Below, in pieces: positions 11,943-24,300 of a stretch of 64,000 nt of DNA (position 1 is its first letter; each line of letters opens with the position of its first letter). Below the pieces are notes generated by a model, which saw only the letters and a list, made by a program, of their open reading frames with translations, did not search any database and was not told the DNA's origin. Source of the stretch: Sphagnum compactum (lineage: Eukaryota); assembly GCA_965153455.1 (NCBI GenBank), contig OZ234493.1, forward strand, positions 20,078,213 through 20,142,212. Reading direction: 5' to 3'. Made by a program: the position numbers and the translations under genes.

Positions 11943-12989
11943 ATTAGTTATAAGTGAGTTTGACTTTTCATTCCCCAAATTTCACATTCTACTTAGAAAA
12001 GGAACAATCATTATGTGGTTATAAGGTTCGATGTGGTCAACATAATTAAATTAAATCTAGACAAAACATGAGTAAGGGATCTAGTTATACATGTGTCTCA
12101 TGCTAAAATGTATACAAGAGTTCATGTTTGGTTGAAAATTAGGGATGGAGCTGGAAGCTGGACAACTATCGCTTGCCATCAACATAGATATTGTTTCTAT
12201 GCAATCTTTATTCAACCCTTTGAATATTGAATTGCATGAAAGGGTTGAGGTAGTACTTTGTAAGGGATTTGTGGTTACCTACAACAACTACTTCACCCCA
12301 TCACAAAATGAGGTTTTTTTTCCAAGAATAGATATAAAATGTTTGCTATTGAAAAAAAGGTGGTCCAAATTGAACACTCAAGAGTTGAATCTAAGGCTTT
12401 TGTTTGGAGGTTGGGAAGAAATCATGAGCGAAAATGGCTATCGAATTTTGAACATGAAGAAAAGATGAATTACGAATTATAGCAACTTTCAATCGGATCC
12501 TACACAATGATTAATGATGATCCAAATTAAGATGTTGAATTATACTAAAAAGGAATGATCCTAAAGTTCTATGTTGAATTCTACTAAAGATAATTATGGA
12601 TGGGCAAGCACAAAATAGCTCCATTTTACACAATATTCTTGAACCCTCCATTTTTATTTTTTAATTCCAAATTTTGAAAATGGAAAGCATGGCCCTAGAT
12701 TAAAACACATCTAGATTCCAATATTGGTAGTCACAAAACAACATTACATCAAGTTCTATATACCTAGTATATGGAAAAATGTTTAAAATAGGAAATAGAG
12801 TTATTAGGGTTGAACATTCCAAGACAATGTCCAGAATGTCAAGTTAGAGTCTAAAAAAGGGAAACAAGTGGGTCAAAGAAAATTTGGAAAGCATTGATTT
12901 TGCTATAAGTCTAGATCAAGAGGGAGCTTCTTCTGACCTTTGTGTGTAATAAAGTTGGAAATTTTATATTATTATGAAATCTAAAAGAT

Positions 12990-15900
12990 ACCTTAAAATG
13001 ATAAGCCGTAAGGGCATGGATGAATTATTTCTAGGGTACAAGGAGTTTGAAAACATTCATGATTGAGTTGAGGGATTAAAGATTACAATAGAAGTGAGAG
13101 GCATTGATGAACTAAAGTTGTTCAAAATTGGCATACTCAATTTGAAGGGTAAGTCCAAGGAATGGTTCAAAAAATTGGCTATTATTCCTATTGATTAGCA
13201 AACCATGAAAGGAGCCATGTTGTTAAAATATGGAATAGTGGACTTGAGGAGGAAATCCAAGCTAAATTGGATTCAATCAAACAAGAACCCAAGCAGCGGG
13301 TTCTAACCTATTATGAAAGGATGGAAAAGTTGAAAACAAGGGGGAAGTTGGAAGATGTAAAACAGAAAAGTAGGTTTTTGTCTCGACTTTGTCTTGAAAT
13401 AAAAAAATTGTATGTGATGAGGGACTATGTAAACATGGAGGGAATGTTCACTGTACACTAGAAGAAATCCCCCAAAATGCAACCAATGCATTTGCAACTA
13501 CATGCAGCTAATTGTCATTTGCAACTAACTTTAATTGTTTCTAGAATTATTTTGCACCTTCGACCATTCTTGCAACTATGCTACAACTATATTTGTAACT
13601 AATGATTTCAACTTGCACATTATAATTTTTTTCATCCATGATCACACCCATATGTCCCAATAGTTGCAAATGGAATCAAACTTAGTTGCACTACTAGGGT
13701 GTCAAAATAACCGTTAGTGGTATACATAGGTGTATTGGGAAACTTTTGAAAAGTATGTTTATTTTTGCTAAGTTTTATTAAGGGTATGATGGGGGTATGT
13801 TTCCATTAGTGTATTTATAAAATTGTGTTTAGTTTCTATTTAAGCAAATTCACTACCTACCAACCTATATATGTTTTTTAACTTACCTAACCTAATTTAT
13901 CAATTTATCGACTTATATGTTTACCTACCTTTCGAACCTAGGTTACCTACCTACCTAACATAAATTGTTATTACTTGTTAGCTTACTTATTTATTAATTG
14001 GTTAATATTTTAATTATTTATTTTTAAATTAAAAACCTATTAACAAAAAGTTATAAGTAATAATTTGGTTAATTAGTTATTATTACAGTCATTTATTTTT
14101 GTATAGATGAATTATGAATTTATAGTTTATAGCTAAATGAATTACTTAATTGATTATGATATAAATATTAATTAATAATTATTTTTCTTATTAATAGTTA
14201 ATTATTTTATTTTTACTTTTATTTTAAAATTATTTTAGTTTTTTTTAATTAAAAAAACTTATAAGTAATAATTTGGTTAATTAGTTATTATTTAAATCAT
14301 TTATTTTTGTATATATGATTTATGAATTAATAATCTACAACTAAGTGAATTATTTAATTGATTATTATATAAGTATTAATTAATTATTATTTAGCTTATT
14401 ATATGGTTAGTTACTTACTTATATACTTAACTATATAATTTACAAAATTCGAAAGGAAGACAAAAGATATGAGATAAATTTTTTAATTCCAACTTAGTTT
14501 GCAACTAAATTGCAATTTCAATTTTTATCCCATTTGTTTTGTCTTCCACTTCCCTTTTGAGAACTATATAATGAAAAGGTTTTGTCCTACACTTTCACAT
14601 AAAAAACAAATGTCAATTGGGATGAGCCAAGTAAAAGAACTTAACCCCTTAAAGAGTTTATCCCTTAAGGTTAAGCCCAAAAGAAATTAAAAATATTTAT
14701 GTACCTACCTACTTACTTAGTTCAACCCACCTACCTACCTACCTAATCCCACCTACCAGCCAAAATATTATTTTAAATTTCTTTTGACCAAAATTCATAA
14801 AATGCCACGTGGCATATTAGTATTATGCCATGTGTCACAATCTAAAACCATTAAAAATAGACGATGAGGATCCACCATCTATTTTTAAAACAATTTTTTT
14901 CAAACCTTTTTCATTTGCCACGTGTCATTATTTAACTTGCTAGTCTTTATGGTAATATATGGATGACATACAATAATATATAGATGGTCAAATATTTTGT
15001 TGATCGTTGACTTCATCCACACTTGCAACTTGTCTAATGCAACTAAGCAATTTTTAGTATCAAATATCTTTTGCAACTAGATACAGTTGCAAATGGTTGT
15101 GGTTTTTTTTCAATTTTCTTCTAATGGTAGGACTTGAAGTGGAGCAGGTGCCAACAAAATTGTGACAAACTCTTTTTGAGCCCTAAAAGGAGGAACAAGA
15201 AGATGGGTTGATGAATGAAACGGTGGTGGAAAACAAGTCAATGTTCTCAATGAGTCACTGATAATGTTTTTCAAAATAGGTCCTACTTCAACCAATAGCT
15301 CTTTAACATGCCAAATATGCAATTCCATGGAACATGTTGCTACTATGTGTTCAACAATTGGAGATTTTAAACCCAAATGTGGTAACTATGGTCTTCTTCA
15401 TAGGATAGAAAATTGAGGTGCTAGGTGTGGATATTGTTTAAGAATGGGTCATACAGAAAACAAGTGTTGAAAAAATGGAAAGGATGTTAAAACACCTATG
15501 AACAATTACTACTTGGAAATTATGGTTGATGATGAGACAGCTGCTTTGAAACAGTTGAACAAGTTGTGCAATATTCAACATGACATATTTCTAAGAACTC
15601 AAATGCCGAAGAAAAGATTACCAATAGAAATGCAGGTAGTTGAAGCAAATGTAGTTGATGACCAAACTATAGAGTCAGTGCCAATGGAAACCATGAAGGA
15701 AAGTTCATCTAGGTCAAAAAAATTCACACATTTCATCAAGGGCAAGATTGCATTATCTCCCTATTGAAAAATTATTTCCATTCCTAAGGAGTTGGAGTTT
15801 TTAGAAATCTTGATAAAACTAGCAACAAGGAAGTGAAATGAAAACTTGAAATCAAGTAATATCATTAGAACTAAAGGAACAACAACAATCTACATGATTT

Positions 15901-16330
15901 GTAGCAATAAAAGTCACCATAACAAGACATTATATCTTCTTGTGGAAATTAGTAACCATCTAATGGAAGGCTTGGTTGAAGAGGAACCTCCATGTTAATC
16001 ATGGCAACGAGGTTATTTGTGAGCTAAGGGTCATGCACTTGGCCATTGGTACATAATCATACAAAAGTGCTTCAGGTGTACTTACCCAAGCATTGGGGAG
16101 AATAAATGAAACACCTATGAGGGTTGGAAAAAATAATGTTTCATGACATTCATGACACTGACAGTATGACTTTGCTTCTAAAAATTGATTTTTTGATCAA
16201 AATAAAAGTTGTTGATGTTGAAAAAGGGACAATTCACGTCAAACAGGGTCCTGGGAATAACATATAGGTACTACCATTGAACATGGTTAACATGTTACAA
16301 GTGGTAAAGGATAAGGTCCATCCTAGTTAG
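12990..16330 (+). pseudogene. gag: gag-protease remnant of element 2, split by a CACTA insertion
   Basis: LNLKGKSKEWFKKL, KLDSIKQEPKQRV, three knuckles (CQICNSMEHVATMC etc.), HFIKGKIALSP and VLPLNMVNMLQV all match element 1. Confidence 0.85.
13456..15126. mobile_element. non-autonomous CACTA (En/Spm-type) element, TSD GTA
   Basis: TIRs CACTAGAAGAAA / TTTCTTCTAATG, with GTA at 13453-13455 and 15127-15129. gag homology resumes after removal. Internal ~210-bp AT-rich tandem duplication. Confidence 0.9.
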
Positions 16331-16364
16331 ATGATGCAACAAGACTAGTGATGGAGTTGGGGTT

Positions 16365-18400
16365 TGACAAATACAGAATCTCTAATCTTATTTTTTGGTC
16401 AAAAATCTGGACTAAAATGCAATAAAACTAATACTAACAAAGTCTCTCCATTTAAATCTAATTAGAATTAGTTTCAAAATTTAAATCCAATAATGAAAAT
16501 ATGATAAAAACACCAAAACAACAAACTCTGACTATGGAAACAAAGCTTTTCCAAAAATCAAAGTTTATTTCTCTCATATTCCATTAAAGCTCCATGTTCT
16601 ACAATGATACAATGGGTTCTCATCTCTTCCTCTTCTTCCAAGATATATCCTCCATTAAAAAAAAAATGTTTTATTCAAATTCAAATGGTGATAAAAACTA
16701 TGTAATCTATCTAATAATTCTTGAAACAATAACTAAGTAAATAGAAATATACTAACTGATAATTATCGTAAATAACTATTCCCTTAACATTACCCACTTG
16801 TGCTCTAAATTACATCCCAAAATCATGGATAAAAAATGTGTTAAGAAAGTTAAACATTTTGTTGTTTCTGATATTGTGTTTCAAAAATCTAATCTATCTA
16901 TACATCAATCTACTTTATCTGTTCTATAGTCTGTTCTATTTGTACTTCAGATTGAAGCATTGTTTAATTCTCTCATGTATACAAAGTCTGTTGTAGCTTT
17001 TCTGATGCCTCTATTAACAAATGTACAATTGTTTATTGATAAGTTGTTCTTTGTTCTTGTGACTGCAATTCCATTGTCACTTGTAGTTGTTATTATAACT
17101 GCAGATCTAATGTAATTTGAGTCTGATCCTATTGTTGCAGCTTTGACACAAGCTTAATCTGATCTTGCTGATCCTCCTAAATTATATGTTCCTTAGGTTG
17201 TATTTGCTCCCATATTTTTGTGGCTGTAGATGCATATTCCTGAAAATTAACTTCCAGCAAAACAAATTCTATTTGTTCTAGAATCTGTCCAGCAACCTCC
17301 CTCTCAGGGTTATCCTTTCCTCCTCCAAGGTCTCCTAGCTATTCTACTATTTTTGTGCCTAATGGTCCTACCCTATCTATATCCCCTATGTATTCTTCCT
17401 CATTTGAAGTCTCTAGTTCTAATGACAAAACTAAAGGCCCATACTCAAATTTTGGCATAATAGTTTCCATCTAAAAAATCATGTGTTTGTATAGCCTTTC
17501 ATTCCTCTCATACTTTCTGCAAACCTTCCCAATATCCTTTTGAACAATGTCCTAAACTACATCGCACCATAAGTTTGCATTTTTTTCCTCCATTGATAGT
17601 GCCTTGAGTTGTATTTGAAGCAAAGTATTATGCTTCCTGAATTCACTATTTTTTCCAAAGACAATATCATTATTGAAAGGCTTTTTCTTCTGAGTCTCCT
17701 CCAGAAGTTTGTTTAATTTTTCATTAAAAGCCATCTGCTTTTGCAAATTTCTGTCCATCTGTGCATGCCTATGGTCAGCTTGCTTTTGTATCTCATTCTT
17801 AGCTTGATATGCATCGGCATTGTCCACTCCGAGCTCCTCCACCTCCTTTTGTTGCTTCAAAAAAGTTTCCTCCATGTTTTTGTAGTTTTTCTGAAGTTTG
17901 TTATGCTCTATATTTAGAGTATCCTTCTCTATTTTTAAACCCCAGTAATTGGCATATGTTTCCTTTAAAGTTGCCTGCAAGGAATCCTTTTTTATTCTGA
18001 TGTTTTCCAAATTCTTGCTTTGCTTCGTCATGTTATTGACCTTTTGTTTGGTCGCCCAGAATTCTGCTAATGCCTAACTATTCTCGTTGTTCCTATCTTG
18101 CAACTTTGCTTTGAGTTTCTACTCATTCTCCAAAGCTCATTGCAGATTTTGAACAAATCTATCCTTCTTCTCTATAATCTGCTTGTTCTTGATATCTAGA
18201 TTTGAAAGTTTAAGTAAAATATTTGTCATCTATACATTGTATTCTACTGCTTATTGAAACGTAGTAGCAACTTTTCTATGTTCATCCAATTCTGCTTCCA
18301 TCCCTTGCACAAACCCTGGTGTATGAAACCTAAGAGTCTAATCCTTGGAACTTGTACCTTGCTAACATACACCACTATTCTAAGTGGGTTGCTACAAGGC
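16365..18400 (-). mobile_element. 3' fragment of a different LTR retrotransposon (extra ORF + PPT + LTR), inverted
   Basis: On the minus strand: a decayed coiled-coil ORF, then AAGTGGG-TAA, then a putative LTR TGTTAAGGG...TTTGTCA (16789->16365). Confidence 0.55.
17552..18031 (-). pseudogene. coiled-coil ORF remnant (retrotransposon accessory ORF)
   Basis: 159-aa K/E/Q/L-rich heptad-like ORF; similar composition continues on both sides through stops. Confidence 0.5.
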
Positions 18401-19165
18401 CTATAGTTGATCATGAAGCAAAGATGACTTCAAAGTTTTTTGAAGATGAGATAATTTGTTGATTTGGAGTTCCTAAACATGTGTTAACTAACAATGGTGG
18501 TGAATCAATAACAAAATTCAACTAATTGTGTAAAACCTATTGGACAATGTTTTAATTCACTATTCCTTCATGGCCTAGGTGTAATAGTATGACAAAGATA
18601 TTAGTTAAGACTTTAAAACATGGGTTGCCGATATTATCAGCTACTATTATTGAACAATATGTGCCTAATTGGGACAACCATTTACGACAGAGCTTGTTTG
18701 GCATCCAAACAAACATCAAATTTGTTTGGCACATGATATTGACAAGTCACATTCCAAGACAATTTCTTAAATCCATTGGTAAAAGGTTTTGATGAGGATA
18801 ATGATCCTATTGTTTTGGCTAAACAAATGATTGAGAAGGTGATGTTAATTGCCTGAATGCATGGTGTAGTGATAGAGAACGTGGGTTAGGCATAGGTGAA
18901 ACAAAAACGAACTTATGTTTTACAGAGAGGAAGGCAAACATTTATGGGATTCATTGAAGGAATTATGTATGTTAATATCAAGAAATCTGGAAAGAAAAGG
19001 TTTCTGTAATCGAGTTGGGAGGGACCTTCTTGTTTGTGAAATATTTTGATGGAAATGGATCATTGGATGAAGATGAAGGAGGTAGAATATGTGTGATCAA
19101 GGGTAAGGACGAGTAGCTTTTGAATCAACCCAAAAGAGATCTTCAACTATACCATACTACACTTT
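18400..19165 (+). pseudogene. integrase core/C-terminal remnant of element 2
   Basis: FFEDEIIC*FGVPKHVLTNNGGE, LVKTLKHGL, NWDNHL and SWEGP, collinear with element 1 INT. Confidence 0.85.
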
Positions 19166-19217
19166 GAAAGGTGATGACTGAAGGATTGAATCAAAATTAT
19201 TGGGGAGTGGTTACATA

Positions 19218-20283
19218 TGTAGCCCATAATTACTTATGGCTATCTTTTGGGGTTTACAATGTGAAAATAAAATTACTTGTAAGCATCTGAGCACCGGAAA
19301 CCAACTTGTAATTTATTTTTTTATCATTTAGTCGAGTTGGATTTGATTTGTGAAGGTGTTTCAAGGATGGTACAAATGATTCAAAAGCAAAGATTTTGGG
19401 ATATGCTTGGTTGTTGTTTTGTTTTTTTTCTTGTGTGGTTGTAGTTGCTTGGGTGATGGAGCAACAAGAGTTGAAGACGAAGATAAGAGGCAGATCATCA
19501 GAAAGCTAAGTACCCAATTCTTCTTTTCTAAGAGTGTGGTTGTGTTGTGGTTGATAGCAATTGGTAGATGTTTTTCAAGAGTTGTGTGTGTGTGTGTGTT
19601 TAATGATGGAATGAATCCCCACATTATGTGTAGATGCAACTTTGTCCACCTCTCATTCTTAAAAGTTTTCCACTATGCATGTGAAAAGGGGAACAAGAGT
19701 TTAGATACAATAGAGTCATAGAAGCATTCAACTAGAGATGATGACAAGCTCTAGAGGATCATGTGATTGATTTAGGTGTGACTCGTCTTGTCTATGTTTG
19801 GTATATGTGGGCTGATTTACTTTGGGAAGGTCGAGTACCTAAGTAAGTGGGAACTTTGAGCATAATACCTATTTTTTAGGAAGGGAATTTTGGGTCATGA
19901 AGATTGATCATAATCTGGCTGTTAATCTTGGGTGTTAGCTTGTTAGTGCCAAGTTCTATTCAATACCATTCATGAGTAAAGTTTTGCAGGTTAGATGGGC
20001 ATTTGGGTTTGAATTGTAACATTTGTTTGTCAAAGGGAACATATCAAAAGATCACAATAGCTTACTTGAGAGGAGAGGAGCTCTGGAGTGTTCTGATCCA
20101 AGTGAATGCCTAAGAGTCTTGATAAGATTTTAGGATTAGGACCTTAGAAACTGATTGTGAGCAGATTATGTTTAACTCACACTCTGAAGTTGTTGGAACT
20201 TGCTGTATTGCAACTGACCACCAGTATGTCGGAATGCATTGAATATAATCCTAACTTGTACTGCCCTCACTTTTTTGGTTACA
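19218..20283 (+). repeat. 3' LTR of element 2
   Basis: TGTAGCC...GGTTACA followed by TSD ACCC. Confidence 0.9.
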
Positions 20284-20984
20284 ACCCAACAGTTATTTTA
20301 CTCTGGATTTTGTGTTTTACAAACCGGGAAGCTGGGGGGGGGGGAGAAGGGGGTTCTATGATTTTGAAACGTTTCAAAAGACCTGAAACCCAAAGTTATA
20401 AACAGAATCAAGGAACCACTTGCAAACATTCCAATTAACTTCACAGTAGATGTAGAACTGTTAACTTGAAGCTCGGGGTAGTTTGCACAGTTAGACAAAA
20501 CTAGGAAGAAAGTCAAACTACGAAACTGCCATTTGAAAAGTCTAGGGAACAAACCTTCTTAATTCTCCGATCAGCTGATCAGGCCAAGTTACCGCCAATT
20601 GGCATAAAAGGACAATACTGGGGCATCCCTAAGCATGGGTCTAATGAACCAGCAGCACCCACCGGCGCACTTCTGTCCTCTAGAAATTGCTGCAGAGGAT
20701 GGAGTCAGAGGTCTAAGGTTATCGAGGTCTTTGTTGTTGTAGTAGTTGCAAGTATACGATTACGTAAGTAGGCTAATAGTTTATTCTATAAGGCATGGAC
20801 TGCTTGCTCCTCTCTGTTGATGAGGCAGTTTGCCCTCTCCCTCTTTTACTAGACTTGGTGTTTGTGTTTGGGCAGTCCCTGAATCCAGCCCCACAATATG
20901 ATAAATTGGTTGAAAAGTATGATCACCTAAGCGTCCCCCAGTAACTTCACTACCTTGAGCTGGTAGTAGTAAGTCAGCAAAAGC

Positions 20985-21389
20985 CAGTGTTGGGCAGTTG
21001 TCTTTACTTTTCTAAAGAACCTCCTGGCTCCCATTCTAAAAACCTAAAGTAGAATGATTCCAGGTCTGGTTTTTCAAAAAAGTAAATTTTGGTTTTGGTT
21101 CTAGTTTCTGTTCTAAAATATGACCTAATTTGGGGTAACCCATATTGGAATCAACAGTTAACTGCTGGTTAAACTCGGTTTAGCCCCCCATTCTAATCCC
21201 TTTTCCAAAAAATTGTTGTAAAAAAAGATTTGATTCCAGTTCCAGTTTCAGACATAACTGGAACCAAGAACTAGATCCATGTCTGGTTCTTCACAAATAC
21301 AAATTCTGGTTCCAGTTCTGGAACCAGTTCTGGTTCGGTTTGTTGTTAGCTGGAGTTCTGACTCCAAACCCGGTACCTGCCCAACACTT
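20985..21389. mobile_element. MITE-like element with CAGTGTTGGGCAG / CTGCCCAACACT ends
   Basis: ~12-bp TIR and internal ggttcc/ggaacc repeats. Related pieces at ~7110-7340, ~28050-28425 and ~59230-59455. Confidence 0.55.
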
Positions 21390-24300
21390 GTAGAAACTAC
21401 TGAGATTGTATTGTAAGACAGGGCAGCTGCAATAAACGTGTGTCTGATAATTCGTTTATTCCTTGACTCCAAAATAAATATTCATGAAAATTTCAGAAAA
21501 TTCCTTCTTTACCTTTGCAAATTTCTTTTCATTGAAAGTAATTTCAAATTTTTACAAATTAATATAATTATTTTCCAAGCTGCTAAGGTACTAGGGTACC
21601 GAAGTGCAGTTGTTAACTCCTGTTTGTCCATTTTGTCCCAATGTAAAAAGAAACTTGGGCAACAGTTACTATTTTTCTCAGGCAAGTTTGTCAACCTGTA
21701 AAATCTAATTTCAAGGAAATGTTATGAAAAAGGGCTCAAAGACTTCACTAGCTTTTGAAAATAGATTATAGCCTGTAGGTAGCCATAAATATAGACGGAT
21801 GCTTAAATTCTTTTGACTTTCATATCTAGTTTATGGCCAAAATTTGGCTCAAACTTCTTATGCATGATGGCAACTTCAGCGACAACACAAATTTCAGAAA
21901 AATAACCACTGACATTGGTTATATTTAGTCCCTTCCAAACTGGAGAAGATGACAAAAGGCTCAAGCACCCAGAATAATCTATTAATTGGATAAAGCTAAA
22001 GAGATGAGGAGCTTGGAGCCGAGCCTAATTGACACAAGGCTAAGTAATAGCCCATCATGCAATCTTACATGTCTAGCTTTACCATCTTCTTGACAAAATA
22101 TTGTTTTCCTTTTTTTCACTCCCGTAGTAACAACAAAAACTTCTTGAAATTCTAGGGCTTTCAAAGACCTGGCCATGTAGACCTGGAATAAACCAAATGA
22201 CCATATACACTAGGTTGAAGCAGAGTTTCTAAAACTTCTGGCATTGTGGGCAGCTATTTTTGAAAAAAATTTAATTACTAACCGAATGGTAAAGGTACTA
22301 GAGTATTTATAATGAAAGCAAAAGGTATTGAGTCATAGTAAATGACCAATTTGCCCAACTTGTTTTCTCCTCTCTACGGCAGCACTGAACATTTCCACAC
22401 TTGAAGAGATTTGAATGGTTGTAATTTTAGTTTACTTGTCTACCATTTGTAGTGACCATGGATTTCTGAATAGCAGCTCCACAGTATATGAGAATCAAAG
22501 ATACCCAAATGCTTACTTCAATACAAATGGGAAGAATACAAAAACCATGTTCGGTACATTCCATTCGGAGTCTAGGCTAGGGTTGAACTTCGAAATATGC
22601 CAACCCTTTCTTCAACCGACAATCAAGAGTCGAGACAAATGCAAAAAATGATGTTCAACCTCAAAGATCTCATTTTCATTATATAAAATCTCTATAATGT
22701 AAGTTAGCTTGGCTCGAGAACCCTAAAAGAAAGCAAATGGGTTCAAATTTCAAATTGAGATTCGTCACACTTCAAATGATCTCTCTCCTTGTGAATAGTA
22801 TTTTAAACCCTATCACTTTCAGTTCAAACTTTTGAAACCGCTCACCTGTTTCTGAGGTGGCCCATAACCCACAAAGTCAAGAACTAAATTATTGTACCCA
22901 AGGAACCTCACTATGCACGTCACACTATAGTCGAACATTTGAAAACATCGACAACAAGTCGTAATGTGGAACTGCCTTAGTTTTGTTTGAAAGTATGAGG
23001 AACCTGCCACATGGATTCTTCCCATCAAGCAAGCTAGGATTTGTTGAGCCCTTCTGTACTGGTTTCAAAAGTAATCCGATCATATGCCAATGGATAATGT
23101 TGTTGTCTTTCTAGTAGCAAGTGAACGCAAGAAGATAAATGGTATTGGGGACCGACTGCGGCGACCAGAGATGCTAGTTTGTTTTGAACTTTGATCAGAT
23201 GGGCAACTTCTCGTGCAGTTTGTAAACTTGCACACTATTACTAGCAATGTGCTTCACCTTTGGGTTGCACAAAGGCCCCAACTTTAAAAGACAAAACCAA
23301 AAAAAAATTCTATTTTATTGCTATTGGGAAATGGGTACCCATTCAACAATGCTTCTTTCTGTCATGTTGTTTTGGCTCCTTGTGAGAAGAGAGAACAAAT
23401 ATATTCAATAGTCTTGAACAAAGTCTAATTTTCCTCTACTCAATTCTTTTGTGTACCCTCCCCTCCCTTCTCCCCCATCCCCCACTCCCCCAAGTAGATC
23501 ATTGTGTTTCTTGAGGAGTTGACAAACAGCTACTGTTCATGGTCCAGAACTTTTTTGTAGCACGACGGCAACATGATGATAGTATTTTGACCATGTTTTG
23601 TTGGACCCTAACCTCTTCCCAACATCCCTTGCTTAGTGGAGATATATACCATTGATTGGAACAAAGGGAAGAAGTGGTGGCTACTTCTAGGCCACAAGAG
23701 ACAATGAGTTGCACTTCTTCTTCGACTTTGTCGGCTGCAAACTTCTTTTCCAAGTTTGACCCACCACTTGCTACCAGCAACGTTTGTTCCTGCCAGTCTA
23801 TGAATCGCCGTACACTGACAACAAAACAATTTATAGACGGAGCCTGGGGCAACATTCAAAGTGACTTCTTATGGAATGCTGGACTTCCAAGGAGAAAACA
23901 GACATACAAAAAAGCTGGGTAGTGACTGGGACTGTTAGTAATCTCACAACTTGTGGATTGGGGGGGGGGGGGGGTGGGGATGCGTGTGTTGTGAGTTGTG
24001 ACTGGGGAGTCCCCACCTGGTCTGTTGACCAATACACAAAGAATCCATGTATTCCCCCTTCTTCCCTTCCTGGAATTTTTTCCAGGATGATTTTTACATA
24101 GTTCATCAACCATGCATAAACCCTTTGAAGTTCATCATTCAAGTTTACATCATCTTTATAATCGACAGGACATGAATATGTGTAAATTCACTTATCATGC
24201 TACTTAGCTAAGGAAGACCATCATTATTCCCCCTCTTGACCATGAACGACTAGTGCAACTACCTATTCATTTGTTCAAACATTCAAACCTCGGAACTCCC

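Larger units (their letters stand above)
10002..20283 (+). mobile_element. Ty3/gypsy LTR retrotransposon (element 2), two LTRs, internally deleted, with nested insertions
   Basis: Homologous direct repeats at 10002-~11142 and 19218-20283. 4-bp TSD ACCC at 9998-10001 and 20284-20287. gag/PR and INT remnants resemble element 1. Purine tract GGGGAGTGG at 19202-19210. Confidence 0.9.

Noticed and set aside
20817..20883. TGATGA...CTGA possible C/D box snoRNA
   Set aside because: The box C context is imperfect, there is no terminal stem, and no rRNA guide is recognisable.
23499..23922. Overlapping 83-118 aa ORFs
   Set aside because: No recognisable motif in any frame, and ORFs of similar weak quality lie on both strands.
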